A stretch of 64,000 nucleotides of DNA from Raillietiella orientalis (GCA_036172245.1 JAYWIR010000002.1:3968001-4032000), one strand, 5' to 3'. Numbered from the stretch's first letter, positions 12,290 to 26,665 are shown. Numbers and translations are program-made. Notes: generated from the letters alone by a model not told the origin.

Positions 12290-14899
12290 CGACCCGCGCG
12301 GGGTGGCGCTGACTCCCGCGGAAATACAGGTTTCTTCCTGCCCCGCCTTTCGCCCACCGTGCTTTCTCCCTCTTCCACGCCATCGGCCAGAGGGTCCGAG
12401 TCTGCGGCCCGTCCACCGCGCCCTCTGACCTCCAGGCAGAGGACTCCAGGAGAGAACTCGTCGGAAGGGACATATTCACTCCCTCCTCTTTTTGGACGCA
12501 GGACAGAAGTGCCGATGGTAACGGGGCGGCGCTACCGTCCTGCTGGTCTCCCGATCACCGAGGGGGGACAGCCCAAGGGTCTCCGGGGCGGGTTCGAAGG
12601 GGGTACGGCAGCGAACGCACCCGCGAGTGCGCCCGCAAACGCTCCCCTCTCCCAACCAATCGATCAAAATCACCCGGACGCAAGTTACTCCGCTCTCCGT
12701 TTGACCGTTTCCTCGGAGACGAGGCGCGTCGCAGGCAGAGGTCGGCTTTTCCTCTTCGCTCTCTGTCTCCAAGCTTGCGAAGGTCGTCGCCGCCACACAG
12801 AGGAGGAGGAGGAGGGGAACCCTCAGCGGTCACGCAACATCGGCTTCGTCTCCCGCAGTTTCGCTCCAGGGGCCTTGCGGGTCCGATCCGCTGATCCTCC
12901 TCTCCCGGAAGAGCTCTCCCGTCCTTCCCTCCCTCCCTCTCGGTGCCACCGGACACTCCTCGGTGCTGCCTCCTCCTCGCCAGCTCTGTAGGACAGGTGC
13001 CAGCTGCCTCCCCAGCACTGCCTTCCCATCTACCAATACCACCACCCTGGCTCCCTTGTTGGTAGCCTTGGCTGCTGGGTCGCGGCGGAGTCGCCCGCTC
13101 CAGAGAGCAGGTGGGAAGCGGAGTAGGAGGTCTCGATCCCCGGTGAGCCGGCGCCCTTCGAGAATGGGTTCCAAAACAAGGGGAAGAGGATGGAGGGAGG
13201 GCGACGTGGGTCCATCGGACGGCTTCTGCACTCTCCTCTCCCTGCTTTCGGTCTCTGCCAGCAACAGTCGCCTCTGGGCTGCCGTGCGCCAGGGAAGGCT
13301 CGCGGTCGTCGCCCGATTCGGGAGGCAGAGGGAAGGGGAAGAAGGGTCGAAGGGGATGGGCCCTTTTCCTTTGCCCCTTCTAGGGATGCGTTTCTACCCG
13401 GCGCTCCCAGCAGCGACAGAGTCTCCGCGTGCTCCGAGAAGGGGATGAAGCAACGAGAAGCGCTTCGCGGGTCCAGATGGGGAACGATGGGAGTTCGCCC
13501 TTCCCTTTCCGTCCTCTTCCAGTGCTTCCGACGAGAGCGATGAGGTAGCGAGATAGAACAAGGAGGAAAGAGGAGGCAGCGGACCCCGGGGGAAGAGTTC
13601 GCTCTTAACCCTCTCCCCGATGGAGGGGGGATTGAGCGTCCTTCTGTCCTTCCAGGCACACCAGACTCAGCGACGACCTTTCCGGTAAAATGCGGCCTTC
13701 CAGACGCACAGTTGACCTTCGGCAGCCTCTAGGCTACCAGGCCAAACAGGAGAGCGGCGGGAAAAGAGCAATCCCTGCACAGACGCGCCCGCGGCGTTGA
13801 GGCGGCATCTCGGCCGCGCAGGACCTCCGTTCAGACGGGAAGATCCCCGGCCAAAGTCCAAACGTTTGCCTTCATCCCAAACCTCCCGTAGCAGCAGCAG
13901 AAAATGGACCCCGAACGGAATGCAGCTCAGCAAGCAGAGGCTCCAGTGACCCGGAGGACGTCGCCGTTGACTCTCTCTTTCCCTCTCTCTTTCCCTCGTC
14001 GCCAGCGTCTAGCCTTGGGAACCGGGAAGATCCTTCCCAGCTCTCATTTCGCAGAGACCTCTCCGGTCCAAGCCCCCACAGCCGCTGCTACCCTCAGGGT
14101 TATTCAGTCGTCCCATTGCTGCCGACTGTTTCTATTTATTTTCAAAATTTTGAAAATTTATGTGTAGGGGGCGGGAAAGGGGGAGGGGATTAGATAACGT
14201 CTCTTACGTAACCGTAGCCTGCGGTGTTCATGCTCCCGATGTCCCCTTCCCTTCCCCTCTCAGCTTACCCTCCTCCCTTCTTCCCTGTTCCTCTGTTGTT
14301 TCTGTCTCTTCTTCGTGCCCTTTGGCTGCGTCATCCCTGAGATGCCCCGCGTTCGTGGGTCATGAGCCGACCGATCCTCTTCAGCTTGACGGAGCTCCTT
14401 TCGAAGGTCCGAAGAAGATAAACGGACACCCTCTTCCCGCTAGGGGAGCGGCGGCATTCCACCGCACTCCCCTCCACCCGCGAGAGCGGCATCCTTCCGG
14501 ACGCGTGCGCTCTTTCCCCAGCAGCCACCTTTGCATCGGGAGCCGGTCCCCGAGATTGCCCAGGGCCTATGGGGAGCGCCCCTCGACGGGTGCCGAGCGG
14601 ACGGGCGCGTCCTTTCGAAGAAAGGGAGGTTCGAGTGGAGCAGAACACCGTAACTCGCCCGATAGCCGCGTGCGTTGTGCATTGCCGTCCGAACCACCAG
14701 CTCCCTCACAGCGATCCTTCTGTTCTCCGCCACAGCCAGCCTCAGCCACACTGCCTTATGCCTTCATGCGGTGCAGCACGACGGTCGGTGTCTTGCCGTC
14801 TCTCCTCTCCGAAGGGAAAATTTCCCAGAGTACGCTTCCCGTTCACGTCCTCTCCCCAACTGCTTCCCCTTCCCCATGGCTCATATGAAAGTGCCGGCT

Positions 14900-15210
14900 G
14901 AGACAGAAATTAGAAGTAGCTGTTAACTGTAGCGGCGCCCCACGAGAACGCCTTGGTGCCCGCTGAGTGCATTGGTTTATCATCTTCCAGTACAGATGCC
15001 TCCTGAGAAACGTGCACGTGAGGCTTACATGCCCAGAAAACGCGAAGAAACGTGAGGAGGGAGAGCGTCAGGGTAGCAAAGCGCCACGCAGAGATCGTGA
15101 TCATACCAAACGATTGGATTTTGACCCGGCTTGCCTGGTGTCCGCACATCACAGGAAGGTGTTCAAGAGGACTCACCATCAAAAATGATGCAGATTCCAA
15201 TGCTACCATT
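14900..15210 (+). mobile_element. Degenerate THAP-domain fragment (DNA transposon fossil)
   Basis: Frameshifted pieces VAVNCS ... DFDPACLVSAHH..VFKR ... IKNDA-IP follow the THAP order C-x-V-x-x-C ... VCSxHF ... LKxDAVP; stops and frameshifts present. Confidence 0.35.
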
Positions 15211-16916
15211 GGAAATTGAATGGACGAAGGAGATCAATCAGATATCAGGAAGTTGCTTGCCGCGTAAGAAAACGCACAACGAACCAGCGAAAAGAAAAGC
15301 AGAGATTGATGATCCGACCTACGCACTGACTAGACCCAATTTCACGTTTTCACACGAGTCCAGATGTTGCATTGGCTGTAACTTACCATAGTAGAGGCAC
15401 AGAAACCGAAGAAAGCTGAGGATCAAATCGAGAATGGAAACTTCACTTCTGGAATAAGCAACAAACTTTGTTGATCATTAGAAAAATAATTGATCAATGG
15501 AAGCGAGAGTAAATGGCATCTTCTTCTGATGACATCTAATCCCTGCCAACTATTAAGTTTGGAAATAATTCAGGAAAGTTTAAGGTTAAGACGCATGAGT
15601 TAAGGTCAAGAAGAACGAGTAAAAAAATAATTACATATACAATTCAGTTGGACTTACAGATGTCAAATGTACGAATGTCGCTTGGTATTTTCGAGTTTTG
15701 CATCCGATCGGAATTTTTCCGGAGAAAGAAAATGGAAGGTTTCTTTTGCATGCTATCGTTCTACAGGTTGAGCTATGGAGGCATAAGCATATGTCGGCTG
15801 CAGATTCAAATAAAATGTGAATAATAAGCTCTTATTCTTGCATATCACATGCTCAAGTCTTGGTAGACACCATCTTCTTTGCAACTGGTGATCCTGTTAT
15901 GTGGTGCATATTATATAAATACATGGCATGCATGTAATGTGAATTTATTAGCTGTCTTCATTTGCATTAATGAAGCTATAGTTCAGTGACAAGGAGGACA
16001 CAGACAAACAAATGAAAAGTTTTTTTCCCAGTTCCTCCCGTGACTACGTTCACATTCTGAGCGTTCTCACTGCACACACAAACGGAACCCTGAAAGTGTG
16101 GCTTCATTTCATGTAAAAATGAAAATATACATTACATGCATAAAAAAGAACACACAGTCTGCATCAGTATCTGCTACTCATGTAGCAGTCTGAAAATTGA
16201 CACTATTTTGTCAGCACCACTCTAACTAAAGGATCTGTCTTGTGCATCTATCTGTATTTAAGTGAACAGGTACCAATGCAGATTTGTTTCATTACCTCCA
16301 CTAACAATACAAATCCATGCAAACTGAGTGCTGAGTGAAGCTCCCCTGTCTAATTAGTTTGCGGTACTTTTGAATTTCGGATAGTCTTAATTCGTTTCGG
16401 GATTATACTTCCTGTATCCAAATTAGGTATCTTCCGAAATTTTCTTCAGAAGCTGATAGCATTGAGAATTAGACATGAAATTCAGCTTCTAGGAATTGGA
16501 TTAGGGAACAAACGAATACTTGCATACTTGGTTGCTAAAACACATTTTTGCTCTTCATGAATGAAAATTTGTTTCATCAAGAAACGGAAGCTTTTAACTT
16601 ATGTTTCCCATGTGCTCGACGGGATAGTTTTCCACTACTTTTCTGTGAAGTTGTATAATGGTGACCTATCAGAATTTCACCTTTCTGGCTACTATATTAG
16701 TCAAGTAGTGTATGACACAAATCACAGATCCTTAAATCCATTTTTTTTTCTCATGAAACTAAGCCTACTTTCAAATATTGCCTACAAGCTTGTGATGCTT
16801 GTAGGTAAGACTTATGGAAAGTGTTCGAAATGTCCCAAAACAACCGTAGAACTTTCTGGTGTTCCACAACCCGATGAGTGTGGCACTGGAAACTTGGATG
16901 GTGCTCCTTGGCGGAG

Positions 16917-16930
16917 CACGTGCGGAAGTG
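16917..16930 (+). promoter_or_regulatory. E-box CACGTG abutting an ETS-like CGGAAGTG, ~80 nt upstream of the POLR1C ATG
   Basis: gagCACGTGCGGAAGTGcg in a short CpG-containing patch before the ATG at 17002. Confidence 0.4.
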
Positions 16931-17001
16931 CGCTTGCCAATACTCAGCAGGGCCGCTCCCGACAGCACCCGGATTTCATTTGTGAAAAATGATACAGTAA
17001 G

Positions 17002-18558
17002 ATGCATTCCGCTGATGAAAGAGAAGTCCTTCAAAATGATTCAGTAATGGGTTGGGAGCCACATGGTTTAGTGAAGCTAAATGAATACGAATTAGAGGTA
17101 AGCTTAGCCAAAATTTTTCGAAAAGTCCGCGTTTTGAAGACGTGTTTTTCAAAATGTAAGCTGTAACCCCTTTAGTGAACTAGTCTTTTAGGTATTGCCC
17201 CCTGTATTTTAGCTTGTATCGATTGATTATGTTGTGTATGGTTTTTCATTGAATGGTGCTATTTTAAGGTACCGCACAAACGTAAACCCTCCGGAGGGAA
17301 TAGTGAACAGAGAGAAAAATGGAAAAAGGTAAACTTCACAATGTAAATGATTGGAAAATGGGTTCAAGCATTTTGGATGATTTTGTGCGAAAGCAGTCAC
17401 GTGGAATCTCTTTTAGAAAATAAAGATCAGGATTGAATTTAAGGATGAACTTACATTGGAAATTGACATAGTTGGAATCAAACCACCGATTGCCAATGCC
17501 ATCAGACGCATTCTTCTTGCAGAAGTAAGGTCTATTCAATATATTTTTTGAGGTTTTTTAGTTACCCAGCATGGCAGTTGAAAAGGTGTTTGTACAAAAT
17601 AACACATCAATCTTGCCAGATGAAGTGTTGGCACACAGACTAGGTTTAATTCCCATCAAAGCTGATCCCCGTCTATTTGAATGGAAAGGTAAAATAAAAC
17701 TTATACACAAAAGCATAATAGAAAGTAGCATTTGAGGAATTTACAGCAGAGGATACATTAAAATTTGCACTGAAAGTTAAATGTGCTCCAAAGTCAGAAA
17801 TAAGTTCTGATCCAAGCGGAAATTATGCTTGCCGCAGTACAGGTTGTTTTCAGTTGCCATTACATGTAAGAAGAACATTCATTGTTTAGTATACTCCAGA
17901 GACATTGCATGGGTGCCACTTGGCAGTCAGCAAGATATTTTTACAGCTGAACAAGTAGGACCTGTTGATGGTGACATTGTTATTGCACGTCTACAACCTG
18001 GTCAAGAAATAGATTTATATGTGCTTTGCCACAAAGGCATTGGTAAAGATCATGCAAAATTTTCTCCTGTTGGTAAGTAGTATGCTTGATTTCAATTTTT
18101 CACTGTTTGTTAGCTACTGCTTGTTATCGTTTGTTACCACAGATAACTTTGTTAGAAGAAATAAAGGGAGAACGAGCTGAAAGATTAGCAGCATCATTTT
18201 CTGAAGGAGTTATCAAATTATTTGAAAAAGATGGTATTCATTTTGTTTTTCTTTTCAAAAAAGCACTGCAGTATTTTTAGGTGAAAAAGTTGCATGTGTG
18301 GGAAACACAAGGTATGATAATTGTAGCCGCAATGTTATGAGGCATGAAGATTTGAAAGGTGCTGTACAGCTGAGTCGTGTTTCCAAATATTTTATCTGTA
18401 AGTCAAAAGATTTTGAATATATACAAAACCTGCCTGCAGTCAATATAGAGTCCACAGGAGCACTTGCCCCCGAAACTTTGCTGAAAGAGGCTATTCTGCT
18501 ATTGCAGAGAAAATGTCAGGGATTCCTTCAAGAAATGAAAACATCCAAAAAACCTTAG
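17002..18558 (+). CDS. POLR1C: RNA polymerase I/III shared subunit RPAC1 (RPC40), 9 exons
   Basis: Spliced translation contains [91 protein letters not shown] and [14 protein letters not shown]; all introns GT-AG with consistent phases; TAG ends at 18558. Confidence 0.95.
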
Positions 18559-20029
18559 GTGATAAAACATTCTTGAAGTGCTGTTGCTGATTTGAAATTA
18601 AAACTACATGCTGTCTAGCTAACATGGGTTGTTGCAAAAACTATTACTTTCCCTTTCTTCATAGACTTTTCCACCATTCTGATTAAATGTCTGCTATTCT
18701 TTTGAATTCTGAAACAAACCTTTATTATGTATCAGCAAAGTCTTATCAGCATCAGCATTGTGATATTATTTTCCTCTTAACACTTAAGTACTGGCATGCC
18801 CCATAAATAAGTACTTGTAGGCCATATTATACCAGTGTTTACTATGCACTGATCATCCTTATATTCCAAATCTGAATTTGTTATCTTAGTCTTTATGCAA
18901 TATTTACAGTAGAGATTTAGGTTTTATCATGTATCATTCTTGTTTAATTTATGCATTGTGCAGGAATGAAATGGCAGTGTTTTTTTTCTTTTGTTGCACA
19001 GTGTAGTTGCCAAACCACTTCAGGGGGTATGCTGCATGCATAAGTGGCTATTCACTGTTCCTCATCAACCAAGCACTAAAGCTTGTTGACACTGTTTGCT
19101 ACTCCCACAGTAGAAAAAAGATGAATGAATGAATGCAGTGTTTCAAGATGACAGGCAAGCCAAGCTTTATACAGATACTATTGACAGTGTTGGTTCTCAA
19201 AAGTCCCTTGTTAAAATCGATTCAGTGATCACAGATACAAATTTAAAAGAATGGACTTAAAAGAATCACATGTTGAGGTGAAAAAAATAGTATTATAATT
19301 CCATTTACTTCCTCTCCCTCTCGAGAGTAGTATGTGTGTGGTGCTAAGAATTTGAGGTGCAACAAAATCCAGCAAATTTCCCTTGCTTTCGTTTCAACTG
19401 ACGTTGCCAGCCATTTCATGTGAATTTGCAGTCATAGTTCACTGATAATGGTTTAATTCAATTCCGGTTAAATCAGAACACAACTGGTTGCAAACGTTAT
19501 GTAATGAAGATCATAGAAATTAACAGGTGCGCTTATTGGCTTCATTATTTCACAATTTACTAGATTTTGAAGAGTTCATTATTTTGCAGGAAATAAAGTA
19601 CAACTGAATGGTTTCTTAGCTTTATTCCTTCTGTTTCAGAGACACTTTCGAATTCTAACCTAGCAAAAGCAGCCACTAACTATGCTGTCCTAATCTGCTT
19701 CTCTGGAAATGGTAAATTATCATGAATGATATTTTAAGGTCTCAAACACTTTCCAAGATTCGTATTGAACTTTATCATGTCGATTAATTTCGGAGAACCC
19801 GGTAAGTTTTGATGAACAACAACACTATACAAAGTTCCATTATTTGCAACAGTTTTGGATATCAATGAATAAAAGCTCCAAGAGGCCCTTGCACATTTAC
19901 ATAAGTTCCAATATTCTGTACCAGCGAACACATTTCCATGTTTAGGTTTCAGATGATATCAATTCCCATAGAAGAGAAAGTCAGCTTCATTTTAGTAAAT
20001 GTGAACTTGACTGGTTGGGTTAAATGGTT

Positions 20030-23000
20030 TCATTTATGATTCAAATGGTTCTGGACACCTATGCCCACACATAGCCTCTTGGACATGTGTTCATCCTTGA
20101 AAAGAAAGAAGGCAAATAAATGTAACAGTACTCTGTGTTTCAACAGAGGTTTGTCATCTATGAAGTGTAGTATATAGCTTCATGTTAGTACGAAACATTG
20201 CTTTTGTTTACACATACTCATCAGTATTAACTCAAAAATAAGAACAAGCAGAACTCAGTGCACCTACAGTACAATTTTAAACTTACGTTATCCTCATGAC
20301 TACACTCTATTACTAATTTTTCGGTATTCAAAATTTCGGGTATTTTATCACTAACATCCGAATTCAGAACTAAAGGTGATGAATTAGCAGGAACACCCTT
20401 GTCCAGATCCTGACATATGTCAAGGTTGTGATGTCCATTCGAAGCTAGTGAATAACACTGAGATACAAGCAGGTTGCAAAGAGAAATCATCACTTAAGAT
20501 CACATACCATGTCCTTCAATTCACAGGCCTTTTGAAGGTTACATGCATTTAGAAAGTTATGTTCCTTCATAATATCTTTGGTGTCAAGCTCATCATTCTA
20601 CTGAATGGTTAACAAGTAACAATTTATCGCTGACTTACGAAGTGTTCGAATAAAGCTCCAATTTTCTCAGATTGCTGCTCAGAAGCAGCCAATCGTTCAA
20701 TTATGTATTCCAAAGCCAACATTTTGGTATTCCTACAAGTTAAAACTGAATCCAAAGCTCCCAGCTCTAGATCTACAAAGCCGTAAATCACGTTTACTTC
20801 GGATCGTTCCTCTTACCATAGTCAATAGATATAATTTCATTTTGCAGTCTTGATATCTCTACATTATACATTCCCAGATTCACATTCTTACTTCTTGGTG
20901 ACGCCCCAGAGTCTGGTACAAATTGCTCAGCAACTACCTTGCGTTCATCAACACATTTCCTTAGGGCTTGTTGGATGCACTTGTATTTAATAAGGTTCCT
21001 AATGTTCTTACTTAACGAGAACCGAGATACATGTGCTTTTTTTGGATGAAGGGAACCTCTCTTCTTCATGCTTTCCAAGTGTTCATGAAGTTGTTTGTTA
21101 GCCAACAAAGTGCTTTCCAGTTTTCTTTTGTTGTACAATTCACGTTTTCTGTGAGATAACTCAGTTTTAGCAAGCTGCACTTCATCATGATGATGCAATC
21201 TCTTCAAATGATTGATCTCCCTATCTTTTTCCAGATTCAACGTTCGATACTTGTTGTTAGCTGCATTACTGTTGCGGATTAGTTTCACATGATCCTGCTT
21301 CAAAGACTACACAATTCGTAAGACAACATCCAGCCACATAGTCACTAACCATAATCTCTTGATGCAACATCTTCACCTTCTGCTGTAGCTTCTCACGTTC
21401 CACTTGCAACTTTTGCTTTTTACGGATCTCCTCCTGCAAACTCTTAATTTCCTTCTTCAGCTCCCTCACCAACTGGTCCTTGCTGTTTCTAGGTGGGTAT
21501 GTACACACAAAGAAATGCATCACAAAATCAACTTACTTCACTTTGGACCGCACATGAAACAACTGAGTCTCTAGAGCTATCACCTTGGCCTCCAACTCAT
21601 GCACATGCTCAGGATCACATGCTCCTATGTTCTTCGCATCTACTTCGTAACTTCGGAAAAGATCTTCCTTCATTGCAAGCTCCTGATCCAAGTTCTACAC
21701 AGGCAGAAGGAAACTGAAACATGCTGCTACCATCTCACCTCTAGTTTAGCACTCAGCTCAGCATTCCCAGGTTCATTGTAATCACAGTCCTTCATGCTCC
21801 CATCCTCCTCCTCCTCCTCCACATCATTGCCTTTCTCCAACTCATCATCATTGGAATGTGCACAATCCACCATCACATCCGCATTTCCCTTCTCATCATC
21901 ATCCAAACATGCCACTGCACCAGCATCCTGATCCCATTTCTCACAGCCGAAGTTGCACAGGTACTCCTGATGCAGTGCCTGCAAAGCAAAACTTCAATGC
22001 TTACACACCCATACCTTGGTGCCCCATTGCTTGCCTCCATTTCTGCAGCACACTCCACCAAACTGGAAGCAGCAGGGTGAGAATCAGTGCACTCCAAATG
22101 CTGTGACTGCAGCAGATTGGCACAAGATTTCATGTGCACAAACAAGTCTCTGAGTTTTCCGTAAAGCACTCTCGCCTGATTTGCAAATCCCGTTTCCCCA
22201 TTCCCATTCCATGCATTTGGTGGATGGACTCACGCCAGCATTCCCAAACAACTGTCCTCCTCCTGCCTCTCCAGAAGAACCTCCACCCTCCTTGGCCTGA
22301 TCACCCTTCCCCTGTTCTAAACAAGCACCACGCTGCAGCAATTTATGGCACCGTTCCAGCTCAGCCACAAGTTCCCTGTTCTGAAGGAACAAAGCAGTGT
22401 CCACTAACCCAAAAACCCACTTCCGACTTGCCTTCTTCACAAGCTGCTTTACTTCCTCTACACTGCCTTCCTGATTTATCACAGGCCGGTTGCAAATCTT
22501 CAGAGCTCGACTGGCATATCTCAGCGTATTCAGACTCTCATCAATGTTTGTGTCTGTGCTGCTCACACAGGCAATCATCAGAGTGAAGGTGTTCCCACCC
22601 AGAGAATCTACCAAGTCATCTCCTACTGCATTCCACTGCCCCAATATGCTTACCCTGCAGCAGTCGTGTCAGCTTGCTATCACGGTACGAGATGAACGTA
22701 CTGGTGCCTTCTGCTAGTGCTGATATCACGTTGCCCAATGCAAGAAGGCTTTTGTTGATGAACACGCCTTCGTTGAAATGTTCTCCAACCGTCTTCGTCT
22801 TACCCACTCTCTCTGACCCTGCCAAATCCACCACCTGCAACTTGGCAACTGTAGCATCATGCCTTCAAGGGACGGAACCTTCAGAAAGCTAAACAGCATC
22901 GCCTTACTCACTGCAACGCAGAAGAAAGGATCTTCAAAGTAATGCAAAAAATGGCATGGCTACGGCTAGAAACGTTGTTCATGGCAGTAGAACCTGTTGC

Positions 23001-23994
23001 TCGGTTCGCTGAACCCTAACCAGCACATCATCCCTCTCCAGCCCACTCTTCCTCGCAAACCACCTTCTCACCTCCTTCAAATACTGCATCGTTTCCTCCA
23101 AAGAAGTCACCTCCACTTCCGTTACGCCAACCAACTTCTTTTCCCCCTTCTCATCATCGCGAATCTCCACCTCGCACTCCTTCTTGCAATCCGATGCCAA
23201 CAAATCTTTCAGCTTCTCGTTGTACAGCTGCTCCCAGACACCGACACTCCTCCCTACCTACCAACCACCCAACCTTCTTCCTACCTCCACAAAAGAGATC
23301 TTCACACAGTACTGCCAACAGTTGGCTTTCGCGCATTCGAAGATGTCCTTCACTGCCCTGGGAATCATGCCGGCATCCTCGTCGCAAGTCTCCGAGTTCC
23401 GACGGTACTCCGTTCCCATCGTGTGCGTTTTCCCACTGCCCGTTTGACCGTACGCGAACAACGTCACGTGAAAGCCTGAAACAACCGATAAACAAACACC
23501 CCGTACTCCTTTCCCTTCCCCTCCTCGACCACCCAACTCCACGCTCTCCCAATTCACATTCCCTCTCCTTCTCATAGAAAAACGAAAGCAAACTACCAAC
23601 AGCAGCCCTCCAACTCGATCCGACTGCTTCTTCTTCTTCTTCTTCTTCCGTCCACTCAACCCCCCCACGCACGCTTTCTACCCCTTTCCTTCCTCCCTCC
23701 CTTCGCGTTGCCCTTCTTTCACGCGCTCCGGACGGACAGCCTCGACCACGCGCAACCCACCTCACCTTCAAACAGCTTCTCCAGCAGCGGAGCAACTGCA
23801 GAGCAATACACACTCTTCTGGTCGTCTTCTTCACCGAACACGTAGTCAAACTCGAACACGCGCGAAGAGTTCACCAACACCTGCGGCGCCTCGCGCACCT
23901 TCTCCAACGACCTCTGACTTCCATCGACCACTTCGCGGCCGAGGAAAGGTCGGATGCGAACGGCTACCTTCACGGGGATGCGCTCCACACCCAT
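20030..23994 (-). CDS. KIF4: Kinesin-4 (KIF4/chromokinesin-like) motor protein, copy A
   Basis: [26 protein letters not shown] (P-loop), [58 protein letters not shown], then a kinesin-4-type stalk ([12 protein letters not shown]). No WD40 tail seen. Last exons and the stop near 20030 are tentative; orthology within kinesin-4 is untested. Confidence 0.88.
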
Positions 23995-24777
23995 GTCGCG
24001 ATTCTTCACGCGTCCATTCCACTCCGACAGGGATCACGGAAAACGACTGCCAGTTCACTTCTCCTGAAAAGAACCCGCGTCCCCTCAGGGCACGCCTCGC
24101 CTCTCCAGCCCGACCACACACTCTTCCCCCTCACGCACAATCCGAATTCCTGTTCCGCGTCCCGGAAACACCCCGATCACGCAACCGGACACCCCCCCTC
24201 CCAGCCACCCCGCTTACGATCAAGCGCCTGCCGCTGCTACCACCGAACCACAAAGTCCACTCGAACGACCGTCTGCAAACGAACGAACGCCGTTCAAATC
24301 AAACAGCCCGGGCGCAAGCAGGATTGCCAGCTCGTCCTTTTTCACCGTTGCGCTCTCCGCCGCGAAGGGCCACCCGCACGAATTGGCCTTCGCGCGCTCC
24401 AAGCCTGTCGGCCACTTGCACCTTCTTCCTCTCCCACCCTCCCTCTTTCTCCCGAGCACGCACGCGACCGAAAAACAGCTCCCGTTCCCCATCCGCAAGC
24501 AGAGTCCCGAGCTTTTGCGATTACTTGGCCCCTGAATTGCCGTCCGGTCGGCGGCAGCTTTTTCTCTACCTCGCGAAGGTGAACGTCTCGCTCCCCGAGA
24601 AAGAAAGAAGCCGCTTTCGTGCTTTGCGTGTCGGCGAACCGCGCCTTGTTGAATGTTTTTTGCCGGGTTCGCGTCGTATGCGACGCCGTCGTGAACCCGA
24701 CCCATCTCTTTCCCACGGGAGCAGCCAAACCATGAAAAACCATTGGAAAGAGAAAGTTGCGTCTCTTCCTTTCCATG
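21170..24777 (-). repeat. Left arm of a long inverted duplication (partner 53119-56720)
   Basis: Reverse complement matches 53119 onward; coordinate sum is 77896 at both the breakpoint and the ATG, and 77893 after a one-GAA indel. Confidence 0.95.
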
Positions 24778-25453
24778 CACTGGATGGCGGTATGCGAAGT
24801 ACCGTGAACTCTCATATGTCTTTCATTTGCATTCCTATTTAGGTATCATTAAAGAAATAAATGATCTCCAAGTGAAAAAGTGCTGATGTATTTTGCTTTG
24901 AATCCTGCATAAAGTTCATATTTTCGTTCACTTGTACGTCTGCTTATGGATTTACAAAATGAGTGTTCTACTGCGATGCATTTCGATTCCAATAGTTGTT
25001 TCTAGAGTTTAAAGTTTTGCTTGCAAAAGCTTTCTAAAAAGCGACAGTGAAATACATAGGAAAGTATTTTGTGAGAGAGTTGATACAAATTGGAAACATG
25101 TTTCAAGTTTCAGTTGTATCTGGCAGGCATTTTCAATGGAAAAAAGCTAACCTTTTAGAAAGGTCGTTAACTAAGGAACGTTTAAATGCTTACTTGGACA
25201 AATTATATATATTACTCTAAAGCAGAAATATAAAGAATTTCTTTATATCATATGGTCACTATTCAAACAATATGCATGCCATCTCTTTTCAATCTTTTAT
25301 GAGTCATGGAGTCCCCCTGTTTTGTTTCTCCTTTATTTTTGGTTGTTGTATATAATGGTCTTACAGTAATTATATATCTCCAGGATTATGTTCCCCTGCA
25401 TATTTCGATCAAGTTTCTTCGACTTTAAATTAAATTTCCTTTCTTGAAAAATA

Positions 25454-26417
25454 AGATTATAATCATTTGGTGCCGGTAAAAGTAAAAAACAGAGGTAGAT
25501 ATCTTCGAATAACTGTTTTGAAACAGCAAATGCGATAGATTACATTTGAATTATATGCTACAGTCAAGATCAATGGAAGAGTAGGATCATTAGATAAAAG
25601 CATGTCTTAATTTATTTAGCTCGGTTAGTTCAGATAATTGTTTGTGAATTGGTGTGTGTGTATTCACAGTCCGCAAGCAATTTATACAGTAAATATGTAT
25701 AGCTTTCTTCTGTGAAAATCATAAATAATTAGCGTGTTTGGACTTTTTTTTAATGGATCCTTAGTGTTTTAATATGGGCTAGTAAAACATATAACAGTAA
25801 CTGATGTAATTTTCAGATGAATATTTATGAATCCTTTGGATGCTTACACAGAACATCATTAAGAGTCATTCATAATGAAAAATTTCGTATTGCTTTGAAT
25901 AAAATATCCATTCGCATTCGTTTAAATGAGTTCCTGAAGATGTTGACACTGCTAGCATAATTGGTATTGTTTCTGATTTAGAATACGTGTGTTTTTAGAT
26001 TCAGTTAGAACAGATGAATAAAGTGTTTTTATGCGATGAACAATTGCACCGAATAAGACAATCTCCTATTCGATTAATAACTTTCGAATCTTACAAAATT
26101 AAGTGTTTATAAGCTGTTGTTTTTGTGATCTTACTACCTGAGTGATGACATCCCTTCTATGAAGGTACTGAAAAACTATGGTTCACCTTAATAAAGACAG
26201 TTGATATATTTAATATTTAATACCAAAAAAATTGTTGACTTTCTTCACGAGGCTTTGGATTCTTATCAACAATACTTTAAAAAAAGATTAAAGAACATAA
26301 CTGAATCTAACTAACGTTTCCTCTCGATAAAATTCACCGACTGTACAAACCATTTTAGATTATAAGCATTTGATGGTGGTAAAAGTAAAAAACAGAGGTA
26401 GATATCTTCGAATAACT
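25454..26417 (+). repeat. 61-bp direct repeat pair (25454-25514 and 26357-26417)
   Basis: Identical 40-nt core ggtaaaagtaaaaaacagaggtagatatcttcgaataact with similar 5' flank agattataa(t/g)catttg. Confidence 0.85.
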
Positions 26418-26429
26418 AGATATAAATAG

Positions 26430-26665
26430 TGATAACATTTGTGCAATCATCCTTCCAGTTGCATGAGGCTCTGTGAATACACCCGGTTTTCAAATAATCT
26501 GAGATGAGAAAGTGTAAGCATTGAATTGCCAAATTCCTACTTGAACTGCTTTTGGTGCACAGGACTGCCAGCCTACAAAAGAGGCAGAGAAAGATGGCAT
26601 TCGTTGTCCCCTTGCAAGTACGCCATTCGTCTTTATTAGAATAAAGGCATCCCGATATAGCAATC
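26430..26665 (-). mobile_element. PIF/Harbinger transposase fossil, C-terminal part (beyond the NUMT)
   Basis: Reverse strand of 26621-26654 reads RDAFILIKT-WR, matching the Harbinger motif ERAFGxLKxRWR; LH(N)-like remnant near 26440. Confidence 0.55.

Noticed and set aside
54-14900. Many long overlapping ORFs (e.g. 5006-6535, 7340-8716, 163-1185)
   Set aside because: Expected in very GC-rich DNA; Pro/Arg/Gly/Ser-rich, on both strands, with no domains. Only the phased exons of the PDZ gene are supported.
18234-18280. POLR1C intron with donor GTATTC as a second U12 intron
   Set aside because: It lacks the ATCCTT donor and branch motif and ends in a U2-type ttttag.
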